This document shows positions 36,734-45,519 of a stretch of 57,296 nucleotides of DNA, in pieces. The notes below the pieces were generated by a model, which was not told the origin of the DNA, ran no database searches, and saw only the letters and a program-made list of their open reading frames with translations. Location: contig CP070691.1 in NCBI GenBank assembly GCA_020353195.1, positions 3,655,665-3,712,960 on the forward strand, written 5' to 3'. The DNA is from Phycisphaerales bacterium. GTDB taxonomy: Bacteria; Planctomycetota; Phycisphaerae; UBA1845. Positions within the stretch are counted from its first letter, which is position 1; the number at the start of each line of letters is the position of its first letter. The position numbers and the translations under genes were made by a program.

Positions 36734-37855
36734 CTACTCGTCCCACGTCACGTTAACGACGTACATCTCAGTCTCGATGGGGGGCGACGGCAGGGTGTCG
36801 ATCTGCCAGTTCGGCCCGCGCACGATCACCCTCCTCCAGTAGTCATACGTGCTGGGGTTCCCGTAAGCAGACGGGAACTGACCGCCGAGGTCCGGCGGCG
36901 GGCATATCTTGCCCTGCATGTCAACGCTGGCGGCGTGCGCATCCGCGTACGCCACGGCGAACCTGAACTTGCGGCCATGCCAACCCAGCGTGTACGCCCC
37001 CGGCGTGTTAGAGCCGTCACACTCATCCGGCGTGTCGCTCCATTCCCAGGCCCATCGCCCGTTACCTTCGATGAAGAGCAGCGTATTGGACATCTTCGGA
37101 ATTCGCGACAGCGGGCGCAGCAGCGGGCACAGCGAATCCAGCGTCGAATCTCCGCTACAACTCCCCCCGGTCGCGATACACGTCCACAACCCGTTGACGG
37201 TATAGCTGTTGCCGTAGAAATCGTAGCAGGGTATCTCCGATTCGACCCACGGCATCAGGTACTTCGTGTGCTTGTCAGCCGCGCCGTACCAGCCGAACAT
37301 CTTGGGCCCGGTGTCAGCCGGACACCGGTAGTTGTCGAAGTCCAGGTTCTGATCACGCACAATCTGCGTGGAGTTGACGACTCTCTGCACACCGGCCTTG
37401 TAGATGTAGCGGTTCAACGGACGGTCGGCCGCGGCGCGTCCCGGAGCGCTGAACGAAGGCCCCCCCGAATACGCACCCCACGGTGACTGCAGCCCCTCCA
37501 GACCCGTCTCCCAGGACGCCCCCACGCCGCTCTTGCCGCCCCATTCGTAGGAGCGCGGAGCCCGCAGCCCCCCGCCGCCGCCTGCCGGCGGCGAGTTGAA
37601 GATCGGTGACACCGGCACCGCGCTGTTGGTCGGATCGTCGGCTGCGTACGTTGCGCTCGCCTTGGCCAGGCCGGCCAGGTTCGCCAGACACGTCGCCTGT
37701 TTGGCCTGGTCCCGCGCCTTCTTCAAGGACGGCAACAGAATCGAGATCAGCAGCGCGATGATCGACACGACCACCAGCAACTCGATCAGCGTAAACGCCG
37801 ATGTCGCGGTGATTCTCCGTGCCCCTGGAGTCCGGTCGGAAACTGCGTGCGACAT
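36734..37855 (-). CDS. Prepilin-type N-terminal cleavage/methylation domain protein (planctomycete DUF1559/H-X9-DG-like)
   Basis: [45 protein letters not shown]-terminal WH...YADAHA. Confidence 0.9.
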   Translation of the reverse strand: MSHAVSDRTPGARRITATSAFTLIELLVVVSIIALLISILLPSLKKARDQAKQATCLANLAGLAKASATYAADDPTNSAVPVSPIFNSPPAGGGGGLRAPRSYEWGGKSGVGASWETGLEGLQSPWGAYSGGPSFSAPGRAAADRPLNRYIYKAGVQRVVNSTQIVRDQNLDFDNYRCPADTGPKMFGWYGAADKHTKYLMPWVESEIPCYDFYGNSYTVNGLWTCIATGGSCSGDSTLDSLCPLLRPLSRIPKMSNTLLFIEGNGRWAWEWSDTPDECDGSNTPGAYTLGWHGRKFRFAVAYADAHAASVDMQGKICPPPDLGGQFPSAYGNPSTYDYWRRVIVRGPNWQIDTLPSPPIETEMYVVNVTWDE

Positions 37856-38310
37856 GATTTCACCCTCTAAGTGTGCATTACCGTTGCCCAACGCATCACG
37901 GCGGGTCCACGATGACCCGCGCGCTGAGCCCTCTGGTGCTTTGACGAATACTCACGCCCGTTAGCGCCATACAATATGCTACATTTTGTACATATGCGGT
38001 CCCCAGTCAATGAGGTGCACCCCTCATGCGACTGCCGCGGACGCAACCGCCCGCTTCCAACGCCAGGCGTCCGATAGCCGCGTCAGGGCTGCAAATTCCT
38101 GTCAATAACGGGGTTGCCGACGCAGCTACCGTCCAGTATGGCAACGACAATTATGTAAAAAGACGTGAGAAAAAGTAAAAAATTTGTAAAAAAAGAGAAA
38201 CCGGCCCGCGAGGTGAGCTTGAGGCTCCTCTCGCCGGCCGGTGGCAAGCTGCGGGTCTTTGTTAAAGTGTTACTGATCACGGCCCGCCGCAGGGCCGGCG
38301 TGACTCCGGG

Positions 38311-38592
38311 CTACGACGACATGCCGTCCGTCGGCCCCGAGTTGTCCTCCAGCATCTTGCGAAGGTAGTTGTTCTCTCGGCGCGTCGCCTCCAGGTCGAA
38401 CAGCATGTACTTGATCGACAGGCGAAGGAAATCGATGCTCTCCTGCAGGTTCGAGACCGTCTCCTTGAGCTGCTTGTGGCGCTCCTTGGTCTCGGCTGCC
38501 AGCGTCTCGAGCTTCTCCCGCTCACCCGCCGGCAGCGACCCGATCTCCGCCACCAGTTCCGCCAGTTTCCTCTGGAACGTTTCCTCGTTCAT
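38311..38592 (-). CDS. Small coiled-coil protein, hypothetical
   Basis: 93 aa with heptad pattern and LRLSIKYMLFDLEATRREN; purine-rich RBS. Confidence 0.8.
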   Translation of the reverse strand: MNEETFQRKLAELVAEIGSLPAGEREKLETLAAETKERHKQLKETVSNLQESIDFLRLSIKYMLFDLEATRRENNYLRKMLEDNSGPTDGMSS

Positions 38593-39218
38593 TATGGTCA
38601 CACCCTTCCCTTCCCGCATCCGATGGGAAGCCACACTCGGCACCCGCGTTGGATTCTATGCCTCGCCCCGGCCGGAGGCGCCGTCCGAGGCGATCGTTAG
38701 TGATGTTCGGCAATGCCTATGCCAGGCGTTCCGCGGGGTGTGCGGACTGCCGGGCGCAAGGCAACCTGCTGGCCGCAATGAGCTTACGCAACGGCCCGGA
38801 TCGAGGTTGGGCGCTCGTCCGCGCTGCGGATTGTTCACGCGTGTTGCCCGCGCGCAACGCGACGCGACGCTGCCGTCTACGCGGTCTGTTTTAACTGGTT
38901 GCCAATCAAGGGGTTAAGACGGCGTTGCCGCGTCGAAACGCCGTCCGGACGCGTGGCTGCCGCGTCCGGGAACACGGTCTCACGCGGTGGTTCGGGCCTG
39001 CGTCCGGGAATGTGGGTCGGCCCGGGGGTAGGAAGGGGGACGTGCTTGTCGTCGGCCGAGAGCCGGCCAGGGGCTCGTGGTGGCACCATGGCAACGCTTG
39101 GCGTATGATCCGCGCCGAGTCCAGAACCCTGTGGACCGTGCCCCGTAGCCGCCCGGGGGGATCGGACCCGCCGACCGCGGCGGCGTACGTGGAGGCGGTC
39201 GGCTGCCGGCGGATGCTC

Positions 39219-40145
39219 ATGGAAGCGGACGGTGCGGATCAATACCTGATCGAGCAGATCCGCCGGGGCAGCGAGCCGGCTTGGCGGCAGTTGATCGCCC
39301 GGTATCAGGGGCGGCTTCTCGCGTTCGCGAGGGGGCAGACTGCCAGCTTGGCCGACGCTGAGGACCTCGTGCAGGAGGTCTTTGTCGGGTTCCTGCAGTC
39401 GCTTTCCCGCTTCGATGCGGCCCGCAGTCTGGAGACGTACCTGTTCACCATCCTGCGGCACAAGCTGATCGATCAGCTGCGTCGGCGCAGGTTGCCCGTG
39501 ATCAGCGCCGCGGCCATCGGCGACGAAGGTGGATGGGACCAGGTGCTGCCCGGGGAAACGGAGACGCCCAGCGGCATCGCGGTGAAAGCCGAAGGCCGGC
39601 GGATGCAGGAGCGTGTGCTTCGTGACGCGCTGAAGGCGTTCATCCACGGATGTCGCGACCGGGGTGATTTCGACGATCTCCAGGTCGTGGAATTGCTCTT
39701 TTACGCAGGTAAGCGCAACCTCGAGGTGGCGGACCTGTTCGACATCGATCAGAAAGCGGTGGCGGGCGTCAAGTTCCGTGCGATTCAGCGGCTGCAGAAG
39801 TCGGTCGAGCAGGAGAGCCCGTCCGGCTTGGCGCAGATGGATGCCGCGCGGGCCGAGGTTACCGTCGCCCACGTGTGGCGAAAGTATCGCCTGACCTGTC
39901 TGAAGCGAAGCACGCTGGGCAGTTATCTGCTGGGCATCCTGGAGGACCCGTGGCTTTCCTACACGCAGTTTCACCTTGACGTGGTGGGCTGCCCGATCTG
40001 CCTGGCCAATCTTGAGGACCTGCAGGACGAGCAGACCGGCGCTCCCAAGCCGCTGACCGATTCGATCCTCGCGTCGAGCGTCGGGTTCCTGTCCCGCGTT
40101 TCGAACGAGGGGCAGGGCGGCGCAAGCGTGAAGGACGAAGGGTGA
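39219..40145 (+). CDS. ECF sigma-70 factor with C-terminal zinc-binding anti-sigma-like extension
   Basis: AWRQLIARYQGRL, DAEDLVQEVF, LETYLFTILRHK, region 4 EVADLFDI; C-terminal C-x24-H-x5-CPIC. Confidence 0.9.
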   Translation: MEADGADQYLIEQIRRGSEPAWRQLIARYQGRLLAFARGQTASLADAEDLVQEVFVGFLQSLSRFDAARSLETYLFTILRHKLIDQLRRRRLPVISAAAIGDEGGWDQVLPGETETPSGIAVKAEGRRMQERVLRDALKAFIHGCRDRGDFDDLQVVELLFYAGKRNLEVADLFDIDQKAVAGVKFRAIQRLQKSVEQESPSGLAQMDAARAEVTVAHVWRKYRLTCLKRSTLGSYLLGILEDPWLSYTQFHLDVVGCPICLANLEDLQDEQTGAPKPLTDSILASSVGFLSRVSNEGQGGASVKDEG

Positions 40146-40161
40146 ATCGGGCGCCCCGGGT

Positions 40162-40659
40162 TCACGTTTGCCGACACGTGAGCGGCTTGACGGGGAGTTC
40201 CATCACGATTTCGTCGTGAATCGGGATTCCGTGGTGTCCGACGTCCGGGATCTGCGGTTTGGCCTTTCGGGCCTTGTCCACCGCTCCGATGTTGACCTGG
40301 ACCATTCGGAACCCCAGCCGCTGATAGAACCCGATTGCGGGCAGGTTGTCGTTGGTGACGCTCAGCCAGATGCGCTTGATGTTGTTCTCCCGCGCGTGGT
40401 CGATGGCCATCAACGTCAGCGCGGTGCCGATGCCCTCACCCTTGAGGGTGCTGTTGAGCGTGAGAACCTCCATGGCGTCGCCGTGCACGATGTAGGTCAG
40501 CAGCCCGACGATCTTGCTGTCGCGCCAGTCGACGAACCCTTCTTCCTGGTGAGGGTAGTACGCCTTGCCGCGGCTGATCACTTTCCGGCCGTGCCAGTGG
40601 TGCTCGATGAACTCGGCGATGGCTTCGCGGTCGCTGTCTTGTATGGGGCGGCGAGGCAT
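40162..40659 (-). CDS. GNAT family N-acetyltransferase
   Basis: GEGIGTAL, VTNDNLPAIGFYQRLGF, KPQIP...IPIHDE. Confidence 0.9.
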   Translation of the reverse strand: MPRRPIQDSDREAIAEFIEHHWHGRKVISRGKAYYPHQEEGFVDWRDSKIVGLLTYIVHGDAMEVLTLNSTLKGEGIGTALTLMAIDHARENNIKRIWLSVTNDNLPAIGFYQRLGFRMVQVNIGAVDKARKAKPQIPDVGHHGIPIHDEIVMELPVKPLTCRQT

Positions 40660-40764
40660 AGCAACTGCAGTTGTAGCGGCAACGGTCCGGCTTGACCAGG
40701 GGCGGAGCGGGCCTCTATAGTCCCGAGCGGGTTCGAGCCGTATCGCGCCCCGTGAGAATCGGGA

Positions 40765-41541
40765 ATGGGCGATGCTCTGCTGGACATCGTGTTCACCGCT
40801 CCTCACCCGGACGATCTGGAGATCGGGATGGGTGGGGCGATCGCCGGCCTGGTCAAGCTCGGCTATCGGGTGGGCATGGTCCACATGACCAACGGCGAAC
40901 CCACCCCGCGGGGTGCCCCTGAGATCCGGGTCAGGGAGGCGGCCGCTGCCGCCGAGGTCCTCGGTGTCACCGCGTGGGAGATTCTCGATCTTCCCAATCG
41001 CGAGTTGATGGACGGTCCGGCGGCTCGTTGTGCGTTGGCCACCGTGCTGCGCCGTCATCGTCCGAAGGTGTTGGTCGGGATGGCGGGGCGGACTCCGGCG
41101 GGGTCGCCGGACCACTATCAGGCCCAGTTGATCACCGAGGGCACACGGTTCTACTCTCAGCTGACCAAGTGGGACGACCGGTTCGGGGGCGCGAAACCGC
41201 ACCGCGTGGATCATCTCGTGTACCGTCCGCTGCCCGGGTCGGCGGAACTGACGCATTGGCCGGGGCGCTTCGTGGTCGACATCTCTGCTACGATCCAACA
41301 GAAATGTGACGCGATTTCGTGCTACCGCTCGCAGTTTGAGGGGGAGCGGCTGGATCGACTGCTTCATTACGTCCGATCGGTGGCCGGTGCCGAGGGGGCC
41401 CGGTGCGGGTTCCGCTACGGCGAGATGTACGCTCTGCCTCACCCGCTGGGGGTTTCGGACATGATCGGCATGCTGGGTGCCCGGGAGGCTCGGCCACCGA
41501 CCGCCCCTGACGCGGGGTCCGCCTCTGATGCGGTCCGCTAG
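40765..41541 (+). CDS. PIG-L family deacetylase (BshB1-like)
   Basis: APHPDDLE, TNGEPT, SPDH, VDIS..KCDAISCYRSQF. Confidence 0.88.
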   Translation: MGDALLDIVFTAPHPDDLEIGMGGAIAGLVKLGYRVGMVHMTNGEPTPRGAPEIRVREAAAAAEVLGVTAWEILDLPNRELMDGPAARCALATVLRRHRPKVLVGMAGRTPAGSPDHYQAQLITEGTRFYSQLTKWDDRFGGAKPHRVDHLVYRPLPGSAELTHWPGRFVVDISATIQQKCDAISCYRSQFEGERLDRLLHYVRSVAGAEGARCGFRYGEMYALPHPLGVSDMIGMLGAREARPPTAPDAGSASDAVR

Positions 41542-41687
41542 CGAGAAGGTGTCCCGCCCGGCGGCCCGGCCGCCGAGAATCGCGGAACTGGACTCGCCGG
41601 CATTTCCGCCCGATAGATACAGAATCGGGACGTATGGAACGGGAATCCACCGCCTAGCCACGAGCCACGCTCAATCGGAGAATCCCT

Positions 41688-42296
41688 GTGAAGGTCTACG
41701 TCGATGACCAGCCGTACGAGTTCGCCGCCGACGACTCGCAAGCTCTTTCGTTGCTGGTCGACGAGGTCCGACGGCGAGCCGATGCCGACAGCCGGATGGT
41801 CGTGGCTGTCTGTTGCGACGGAACTGACGTCACTGGTGACGGTTTCGAGGAGACGCTGGCCACGCCGATGGGCTCTTACGAGCGGGTCGATCTCTACACG
41901 GCCGTTCCGCGCGATCTCGTGGAAGACGCGTTGGAGCAGGCCGAAGACCAGCTTGAAACCGGCGCCGGCGAGCGGGCCAAGGTTTTGGAGCTGCTCGGGG
42001 CGGGCAGGACGTCCGAAGCCGTTGCCCATCTCGGGCATTGCATGCAGAACTGGTACCAGGTGCACCAGGCGATCGCGTACTCGTTGGCCGTTTTGAACAT
42101 GGACCTCAGCGGGTTGGAGGTGGGTGGCCAATCGGTACGGGAGTTGCTGAAAGCCACGCGCGACCGGTTGTGCCAGATCAGAGATGCGCTTCAGGCTCGT
42201 GATTACGTCCTGCTCTCGGACACGCTTCAATACGAGTTCGACGAAGTGATCGACACGTGGCGGGCCATTGCCGACCTGATCCGCAAGCAGCCGTAG
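41688..42296 (+). CDS. Hypothetical protein
   Basis: 202 aa acidic and helical; GGAG before GTG; ends DYVLLSDTLQYEF. Confidence 0.75.
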   Translation: MKVYVDDQPYEFAADDSQALSLLVDEVRRRADADSRMVVAVCCDGTDVTGDGFEETLATPMGSYERVDLYTAVPRDLVEDALEQAEDQLETGAGERAKVLELLGAGRTSEAVAHLGHCMQNWYQVHQAIAYSLAVLNMDLSGLEVGGQSVRELLKATRDRLCQIRDALQARDYVLLSDTLQYEFDEVIDTWRAIADLIRKQP

Positions 42297-42719
42297 CGCG
42301 GGTGTCGGTCGATATCTCCTTCGTTCGTTGCGTCTCGTGCCCTTCTTCGGCGCGAGTTGGACGCGTTCGGCCGGCGCCGATGTGGACGTGGGGCGTCGGT
42401 TTCCCGGATGTCTTCCGTCACCCGGCGTCACGCCCGACAAGACCTTACAGAATCGTGCGCGATTGGCCAGGCCGATGGGCGCTTCGGGAGCGTACAATTG
42501 CGGCGTGGGATGACATGAGACGTGATCAGGCATGGGGGCCTGTGTCGCGGGCAGAGAGCCCGGATGCCGTGCTCATGCTCGGGTGGGCGTGCCCCCGGTC
42601 CTGCGGACGTGATCATGCCGCAAGGCCGACGCCCGCGGACAGCGGTCGGTAGTCGGTTGACGGAGCGGCGTGGTGTGGTCGCTTCCGTCTGGGGGTTTTG
42701 GAAGGCAGGTGCGGTTTTC

Positions 42720-42738
42720 GTGCTTGACGGTCAAGCAC
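42720..42738. promoter_or_regulatory. Perfect 19-bp palindrome, candidate operator
   Basis: GTGCTTGAC-G-GTCAAGCAC. Confidence 0.5.
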
Positions 42739-42807
42739 ACCGGCGCGTTTTCCGAGTGTAGTACTGACGGCGCAACGTCCGTGTAACGTGGCGACCGGAT
42801 GGCTCGA

Positions 42808-42836
42808 TGGACGCGTTGGCGTGCTCGTTCTATAAT
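42808..42836 (+). promoter_or_regulatory. Sigma70-type promoter for the S41 protease gene
   Basis: TGGACG-17 nt-TATAAT. Confidence 0.6.
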
Positions 42837-42979
42837 CGGTTGTCTGTCTTCGGGGGGGACGGGGTGCTGGCCGGGGGATGCGTCGCGGGCTGCCCTGGGG
42901 GGTATAGTATATTGGACCGGAGGGTCTGAAGCAGGTAACCAGCCCCGAGGCGCGGCTCGGGCGTAGTCGAGGAGTTACG

Positions 42980-45301
42980 ATGTTCCGATTGCCCAACAGC
43001 CGAGCATGGATTGTCGTTTTGTTTGCGGCGGTTCTGATGCCGTCGGCGATGGCGAGCGTCCGGGCGATGGAAACGGCGTCGGCGCCGGATTCCGAGCTGG
43101 ACAGCGCGTGGCTGGATGCGATCTCGTTGATCGAGCGGGGCGCCGCCGATGGTCAACTGGCCGGTGCCGACGTTTCGGACGCCGAGTCGCCGCTGGTGCG
43201 GGTGGCGCAGTGGCTGTCCGAGCGGGCGGAGCTCGAACGGTCCCGGACCGAGCTGACGAGAACCGATTTCGACACGTACGTCGCGCGAGTGCAGAAGTGG
43301 CACGAGCGGGGCAAGATCGACAAGGCGCTGGAGAACGCGCTGTACGCGTACGCCAACGCGGCGGACAAGGACGCCTTCCGCCGGGAGGCCTGGCTGGCGG
43401 CGCTCCGCAAGGATGCGATCGACAAGGCCGGCGAGCGCCGGGAGAACAAAGAGTGGCTTGAAGCCCACGCGATCTACTATGAGCTGAGCGAGATATTCGA
43501 TCAGGACACGGAGCTTCGAGATCTCCGCCACGAATGTCTGACCCACGCCCGGCTCGAGGAGCTGTACAAGGAGGGCACCGGGTGGAGCGAGCCGCTGGAG
43601 GGCATTGACCCGGACATGGTCACGGAGGCCTTGTATCGGATCGACCAGAAGTACGTGGAGGAGCCGGACTTTCGGGCCATGACCGAGGCGGGCCTGGAGC
43701 AGGTCCTGCTTCTGTTGGAGTCGCCCGCGCTTCGCGAGTTGTTCGAGTGTCTCAGTGACGACCCGCGGCGGCAGGAGTTCGAAGAGCGGTTGCGGATCCG
43801 TCTCGATCAGGTTCAGACGGCCGGGTCGCTCAACCGCCGGGAGGCGGCCTATTACTTCACGCGCATGATGCAGATCAACCGCCAGACCGTGCAGTTGCCG
43901 GAGGCGCTGCTCGCAGCGGAGTTCGTCAACGGGGCCCTGGAGGAGTTGGACGAGTTCACGTCGGTGATCTGGCCGGTGGACTACAAGGAGTTTCAGAAGC
44001 ACACGCGGGGCAATTTCATCGGCGTGGGCATCCAGATCCGCCAGAAGCTCAACGCGGACACGAAGTGCAATGAGGTCGTCGTCGTGTCGCCGCTGGAGGA
44101 CACGCCGGCGTATCGGGCGGGTATCCAGGCTGACGACGTGATCCGCAGAGTGAACGGCGAATCGCTGTGCGAGCTGGAAGTCTCGCTGTCCAAGGCGGTG
44201 GACATGATCACCGGGCCGGAAGGCACCCACGTGACGCTGACCATCTATCGCTCGTCTGAGGACAGCGAGATCGACTTCAAGCTGAAGCGCGAGCGGGTGG
44301 ACATCGGCTCCGTCAAGTCGACGCGGCGAGACGAGGTCGATGAGCAGAGGTGGAACCACTTGCTCGACCCGAAGCTGGGCATCGGCTACGCGCGGGTGAC
44401 GAATTTCCAGGAGAACACGGTTGGGGAACTGCGGGCGGTCATCGACGACCTGCTCAAGCAGCATCGCCTGCGCGGGTTCATCCTCGACCTGCGGTTCAAT
44501 CCCGGCGGACTGCTGACGTCGGCGGTGCGGATGGCGGAGCTCTTCCTCGGGCAGGACGAGATGATCGTCAGCACCAGGGGGCTGCACAGCCGTCCGTGGC
44601 CGATCAACACCGAGGAGGACGGACCGTTCAAGGATCTGCCCTTGATCATTCTGGTCAACGAGTACAGCGCGAGCGCGTCGGAGATCGTGGCCGGCGCGAT
44701 CAAGGACCACCGTCGCGGGCTGATCGTTGGCGAGCGGACCTTCGGCAAGTTCAGCGTGCAGAACGTGATCCAGCTCGTTCGCAGTGACGCCCATCTGAAA
44801 CTGACCACCGCTCACTATTACCTTCCGAGCGGGCGATCGCTGCACCGGGAAGACGATTCCACTGAATGGGGCGTCGAGCCCGACATCAAGGTCACTCTCG
44901 TGCCCAAGGAGCTCCGCAAGGTGATGGATATCCGGCGTAACGCCGATGTCATCGGGCCGCGAGGCTCGGCCAACGGCGACGCTGACGCCGCCAAGGAAAC
45001 GCCGGATCCGGCGGAGGATGCGGCTGCGCCGTCTGAGGTCGACACGCCGGCTCCCGCCGACGAGACCGGCGCTGCGGTGCCGACGACGCAACCGGCCGAC
45101 GACGAGGATGACGCTGACGAGGAGGAGGACGAGCCCGACCCCAACAATCGTCCCGAAGTGGACCCGCAACTGGAGACCGCGCTGCTGGTCATGCGGCTGC
45201 GGGTTCTGAGTGAGGATTTCCCGATTATCGCCCGCAGCAGCCGGCCCGAACCGCCGCCGGCGACCGCCAAGCTCGAGGAAGGGAAGCTGACGGCCCATTA
45301 A
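42980..45301 (+). CDS. S41 family carboxyl-terminal processing protease with N-terminal helical extension
   Basis: Signal peptide, GVGIQI and PDZ (PAYRAGI), LDLRFNPGG, SASASE, TFGK, YYLPSGR, GVEPD, DPQL; GAGGAG RBS. Confidence 0.95.
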   Translation: MFRLPNSRAWIVVLFAAVLMPSAMASVRAMETASAPDSELDSAWLDAISLIERGAADGQLAGADVSDAESPLVRVAQWLSERAELERSRTELTRTDFDTYVARVQKWHERGKIDKALENALYAYANAADKDAFRREAWLAALRKDAIDKAGERRENKEWLEAHAIYYELSEIFDQDTELRDLRHECLTHARLEELYKEGTGWSEPLEGIDPDMVTEALYRIDQKYVEEPDFRAMTEAGLEQVLLLLESPALRELFECLSDDPRRQEFEERLRIRLDQVQTAGSLNRREAAYYFTRMMQINRQTVQLPEALLAAEFVNGALEELDEFTSVIWPVDYKEFQKHTRGNFIGVGIQIRQKLNADTKCNEVVVVSPLEDTPAYRAGIQADDVIRRVNGESLCELEVSLSKAVDMITGPEGTHVTLTIYRSSEDSEIDFKLKRERVDIGSVKSTRRDEVDEQRWNHLLDPKLGIGYARVTNFQENTVGELRAVIDDLLKQHRLRGFILDLRFNPGGLLTSAVRMAELFLGQDEMIVSTRGLHSRPWPINTEEDGPFKDLPLIILVNEYSASASEIVAGAIKDHRRGLIVGERTFGKFSVQNVIQLVRSDAHLKLTTAHYYLPSGRSLHREDDSTEWGVEPDIKVTLVPKELRKVMDIRRNADVIGPRGSANGDADAAKETPDPAEDAAAPSEVDTPAPADETGAAVPTTQPADDEDDADEEEDEPDPNNRPEVDPQLETALLVMRLRVLSEDFPIIARSSRPEPPPATAKLEEGKLTAH

Positions 45302-45519
45302 CCGAGGCGGCCGGGCGATCCGCAACCGACAGATCCGAAGCCGACAATGGTACAAGCACGCGCGTCGAGCGCGTGCTTTCGTGCGCATGCACGACCGGGC
45401 CGGCGCGACCGCACCGCGTGGCGTCTGGCAAGTGGCGCCCGCCCGGACACGTCGTCAGCGGCAACCGTAACAGCGGCGATCGTGAAGGTTTGAGCTGTCG
45501 AGCCCTGGGTCGCTTTTCG

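Noticed and set aside
37960-38280. Possible replication origin
   Set aside because: AT-rich, but no DnaA boxes (TTATCCACA) were seen and there is no dnaA/dnaN context.
42830-45388. 852-aa minus-strand ORF, and similar long antisense ORFs such as 4729-6243, 17673-19814 and 28987-30636
   Set aside because: Shadow frames of well-supported genes in high-GC DNA, with no recognisable motifs.
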